Assembly (NCBI GenBank): GCA_012295275.1 | Contig: CM022666.1 | Coordinates: forward strand, 5,642,001 to 5,706,000 | Length of the DNA stretch: 64,000 nucleotides | Reading direction: 5' to 3' | Origin: Chrysomallon squamiferum | Lineage: Eukaryota; Animalia; Mollusca | Shown here: in pieces, positions 59,451 through 64,000 of the stretch | How positions within the stretch are numbered: position 1 is the stretch's first letter | Layout of the letters: the number at the start of each line of letters is the position of its first letter | Program-made: the position numbers and the translations under genes | Notes under the pieces: model-generated | The model's input: the letters and a program-made list of their open reading frames with translations, nothing else | What the model was told of the DNA's origin: nothing | Database searches by the model: none

Positions 59451-60683
59451 TTATGGACTTCCAGGCAACCCTTTTGCTGCAATGCTTCCCCTCACCTCTT
59501 CCATACTGATGGTGCTTTGAGGATCTGTGGCATAACTTTCCATGATTTCTCCAGGAAGATTGTGATTCTCTGAAGCCTGGGATGAGCCAACTCTCCCTGG
59601 TGGTTTCCTTTGACCAGAATTGTTTCCCAGATGTGAAGCATCCTGATCCTGTTGCTTCTCAAGGCTCTCGTTGTCTTCCTCCGTGCTTGAAATAGGCACA
59701 GAGTCTTGACGCTTGCTTGTATTTTCCTCCTGGACACTCGACATCTTTGAGGAAGAAGCAATGGCTGGGCTGCAGGGAGTGATGTGTGGAGGCTCGTTTT
59801 CATTCTTCTCTTCTTTGATGTGTGCAATGGTGTTGGAGCTCTTTGAGCGAATGGAGGTGGAAGCCTGAGCTGGTTCTTCGTGGTCCATTGGTTCACTGTG
59901 TTTTCCCTCCAGCCAGTACGTTTTCATCAGACCTTTCTTCTACACAGACAAAAGTGAATGAGTGAACATTTTGTTCAAAGTATAGCTTTAACATTTGTAA
60001 CATTTCAAAATAACCACAGCCTAAACACACACATATCATCCAGCTAATTATATGTTGTCTAGTGTTCAGTTTTTATGCTAATTATGGAATATAAGCATTT
60101 TTGAAAATGACAGATGATAGAAGGACATTTGCACAGTCTAAACACACACACATCATCCAGCTAACTATGTTTTGTCTGGTGACCAGTTTTTGCTAATTAT
60201 AAAATACAAGTATTTTTGAAAATGACAGATAACAGAAGGAAGCAGGCATCTTTTTCTGCAAAATCATCTTCTTTCACTCAGAGATGTAAAAGAAAAAGAA
60301 GAACAAACCCACAGGAAATCATTCTTTCAGGAAAAAATTAGCTAAACTTTATTCTTAGCAAAGATGAATTAATAATAATAATAATAATCTTAATAATAAT
60401 GATGATGATGATGATAATGCTGTCTGTCTCTATCTGAGATTAAATGTACAAAATGTGGTAAAAGACTGAGATATAGTTAAATAATAAATTTAACAGATCT
60501 ATAAATGTGTTGAAAGACTGAATCTAGCAATTAATAATAAACTCTAGAGTATGGATATAAAACTGCACAAAGACAAGGCCTTACCTTTACTTGGATTTCT
60601 CCACGTTCTGCCATGATGAATATTCTGTGCAGTTTCATTGATTTGTGTGTCCTTGAACTTAGATGAATTTTACCCCCTATGTA

Positions 60684-60716
<33 letters not shown>

Positions 60717-61167
60717 GATACAGTAATGAAGATAGTAATAAAGAATCAGTTTATATTACTTTGCTTTATTTTGCTTAAGTTTATTATCATTTATTTATTT
60801 ATTTATTCGCTTAGAATATTAAATCCTTCTTAACAGTTGTCAGAGAAAAAACGAAAAACAACGTTTGTCCCAGATAAAAATCATAAATTATTATATAATT
60901 ACTAATTACTAAAATACACACAAGTTTCTCACCATGTCCATTACTCTTCATCATGGCTGCCACGGTTACAGACTGTCCAAAAATAGAATATCTAGGCAGA
61001 TTGATTCCTACGAAACCACCCATACACGATCCTAGAGACATAAACAAAAACTGACCAATCAGAATTGTTTTCAGCAGAAGTGTATATAATGTCAACCAAT
61101 AAATGATTTAGATTTAAAACCATTCAAGAAATAATTAAATAAAAAAAAAATAATAATAATAATAATG

Positions 61168-61244
<77 letters not shown>

Positions 61245-61462
61245 CTCATATTTTCAAGAGTTGTTATTCAACAATGATGTTTTAAATTCTGCTCGTATTA
61301 ACAAAGTGAAACACTAGCCTGTATTGATACCAATCTTCACCTCGACATGCTTGTCACCGATGGTAAATAAAGACTGTCTTTTAGCGAGATCCAAAAAGTC
61401 TAGAGCAAGACAACCTATCTCCATAGAATGTCTGTTATCATTTCGTACCGGTACGCCTGTAA

Positions 61463-61522
<60 letters not shown>

Positions 61523-62177
61523 TAATAATAATAGTAATAATAATAATAAATAAAAATAATAATCTTAATAATGATATTAATAATACCATCAACAACAACA
61601 ACAGCAACACTAATAACTATAACAATAATCTTATTGCTGCTATGTTTATTACTATTACTACTACTGATGATGACAACGACTGTAACAAACCTGATGCCAC
61701 CATATACGAGTCATTAATTGTCTCAACCTTATACACGTCATACTGGACGACTTTTTCGTCAAAAGCCGTGTACATCGTGTTCAGCAAATTCACGATTTCT
61801 TCCGGAGTGTACAAATCTGTCACTCGGGTAAATCCGACAATTTCCGAAAACATGATCGTGGTAAATTTGAAGTACTCGGCATCGATGATTTCGTTCTTTT
61901 TCAGTTTGTCCGCCGCTACTCTGGGAACCATTTCGTACAAGAGGCTGTCAGTTTTTTTCATTTCTCTGTGCAGTTCTTTGGTTCTGGTGACCAGAGCCAG
62001 GGTGTACATCTGTATGTCTGAAGTGAGGGCTTGCACAAAGTAGATGACAAGAGGACACATGAGAAAGATGATGAAAAGGAAAATGCCGTTGATGGAAAGG
62101 TTACTGAAAGAAGAAACGAAAAGGTAAACAAAAGAATGGAATGTTGGTTGGATTTGTAAATTAGTGATGTAATGATG

Positions 62178-62267
<90 letters not shown>

Positions 62268-64000
62268 GTTAATAATTCAGTATCCCAGAATGAAGTGGAG
62301 AATAGTGAAAAGTGGAGGAAAATTGTAAAAGCTGAAGTTAAGAAATCACTCAACTCTAACTACCAGTCAACATTCATTTTTTAAACAGACAAACCAATCA
62401 ACAATCAGGTTTTAAATCAGACAGATTCAAATCAACCATGAATAATAATCAAAACCACTCAGCCAACCAAAAAAGCCAAAAATTAACCAATCAACCAACA
62501 CAAGCTTTTAACACACTGATCGTCCTTCTGGACAAGCATTTTGTAAGATAAACATAATCACACCTGTTCTCTTCATCAATGACAGTTTCGACCTCGTCGT
62601 TAATGATGATGGCCAGATCCTGCTGGATGACCAAAAGCGTGTCCAGATAAAGTGTCATGTTGTCAAACCACCACTGACTTTTGATAACCGAAGGTTCAGT
62701 ATCCACGGAGTGCTGGATCTTGAATCGGAAGTTTTCGATGATTTTCGTCAGATTTGTTCCGCTTTTCAGCATGCCTTTCTGAAAGATGGAGTCGATCTCT
62801 TTCGAGTAAAGGACCGCCGAGCGATAGTTCGACTTGAATATGTTGACGTTTCTGTTGTAGTTTTCGTAGATCGACTTCGTGGGGAATCCTCCGCGGACAA
62901 AGAACACGACGCCGAGAGCGCGTTCGATTCCGATCTGCTCCATGCCCGTGACGATCTTCAGGTAAGAGACGAGAATTTTCCACATGGACGCTTTGTTGGA
63001 CTGCGTTATCGCGTCGTAGAGCCACTCGACAAACGGTTCTATGAGCGAGTTGTAGAAGGCAATTTCGTCAAAGATGTTGAAGTTGTTCGGATTGAGCAGC
63101 TCCCTGTGGCGATTGAGGAACGTGTGGAACTTGGATTTCGAATGGAACGAGGATGATATGACGGTCTTCATTGGCCAGCTGGTCAGCTGGTCGAGCGCCT
63201 GGTCAGTGAGGAGGTACTCGTTCCTGAGGAAAGTCTTCGTCTGCGGACCCAGGATGCTGAGGTAGAGGACAGACATGTCTCGCTCTCGCTGAATTCTGTC
63301 GAGAAACTTTCCAATTCCAACGCTGATCTTGACAGCTGTCTGAGTCTGTAGTAAACAGATGTGAACGATCAGACATGAATGAATGGATGTGAATAATGAA
63401 AGAATAAAGAGAGGGATGATGTAAGGATAAATTTGTTGATGACTGCAACAGACGAATGAATGTGGAAAATGAAGTATTGATGAATTTAGAAGAATAAGCT
63501 TAATGTGTATATAGATGAATGATTTGATAAGAATTAATGAATATGAAAAAATGAACATACGTATGAATGTGAATGAATGAATCTGTATGAATAAATACAA
63601 TTAAATTAACATACATAAATGAATATGAATATATAAATATAGATGTATATATATATTCATATTCATTTATGTATGTTAATTTTACATGTTAATACATACA
63701 TACAAACGAATACGATACGAATGAACTAACATATGTTAACTAATACGAATAAATGAACATGTGAATGAATGGTATATAGAAAAAAAACAAAAATCATTAA
63801 TATGTAATGCTATATATTGGTTTATTTCCAATGTCGATGGTACATCAGAAGAAAGCTTTTAAATTTCGCTGCATGCTATTTTAGGTAAATGAATACATTT
63901 TACCTGTTCCATTCTTGTTTTCACTTGAAGACTTTCAAAAAGTCCATACACTGTGAAACTCGACAAAGCCAGGATTGGCAACAGAATCAAGACGAGAATT
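59451..64000 (-). CDS. NIT-domain membrane guanylyl-cyclase-like protein, copy B, 5' end outside window (exons >64000-63904, 63345-62564, 62103-61691, 61456-61319, 61031-60933, 60676-60585, 59939-59451)
   Basis: TM1 (ILVLILLPILALSSFTVYGL), NIT motifs IQRERDMSVLYL and EQIGIERALG, TM2, coiled coil (TDSLLYEMVP), class III cyclase motifs FSEIVGFT, VYKVETINDSYMVASG, LPRYSIFG, ERGEIQVK-KKGLMKTYWL, low-complexity C-tail. Exon phases compatible. Confidence 0.9.

Larger units (their letters stand above)
50852..63911. repeat. ~13 kb direct segmental duplicate, copy B
   Basis: Begins TGAATTTTATTAACATATTTATTTTTATCGAATG as at 25781; offset about 25.07 kb. Confidence 0.95.

Overview
AT-rich, microsatellite-dense eukaryotic (invertebrate, probably lophotrochozoan/mollusc-like; inference) genomic DNA with spliced genes and two 200-N gaps. 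1-25.8 kb: a tandem TNF-ligand locus with two intact 4-coding-exon TNF superfamily genes on + (3470-5310, 21115-23113), relics of further copies between them and a patchwork of duplicated non-coding blocks. 25.8-64 kb: a ~13 kb segment present twice (about 25781-38830 and 50852-63911). It carries, on the minus strand, a two-TM NIT (nitrate/nitrite-sensing) domain guanylyl-cyclase-like gene whose catalytic residues are degenerate, and the first two coding exons (signal peptide, somatomedin B) of an EndoU ribonuclease gene. The second EndoU copy is complete (41481-54640; four catalytic-domain exons that the ORF track does not show), while the first is truncated. The 8.8 kb EndoU intron 2 hosts a decayed transposase-like gene with its own promoter-like region. 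Several pogo/Tigger-, Kolobok- and foldback-type MITEs are present. All exon structures were read by eye and need transcript support.
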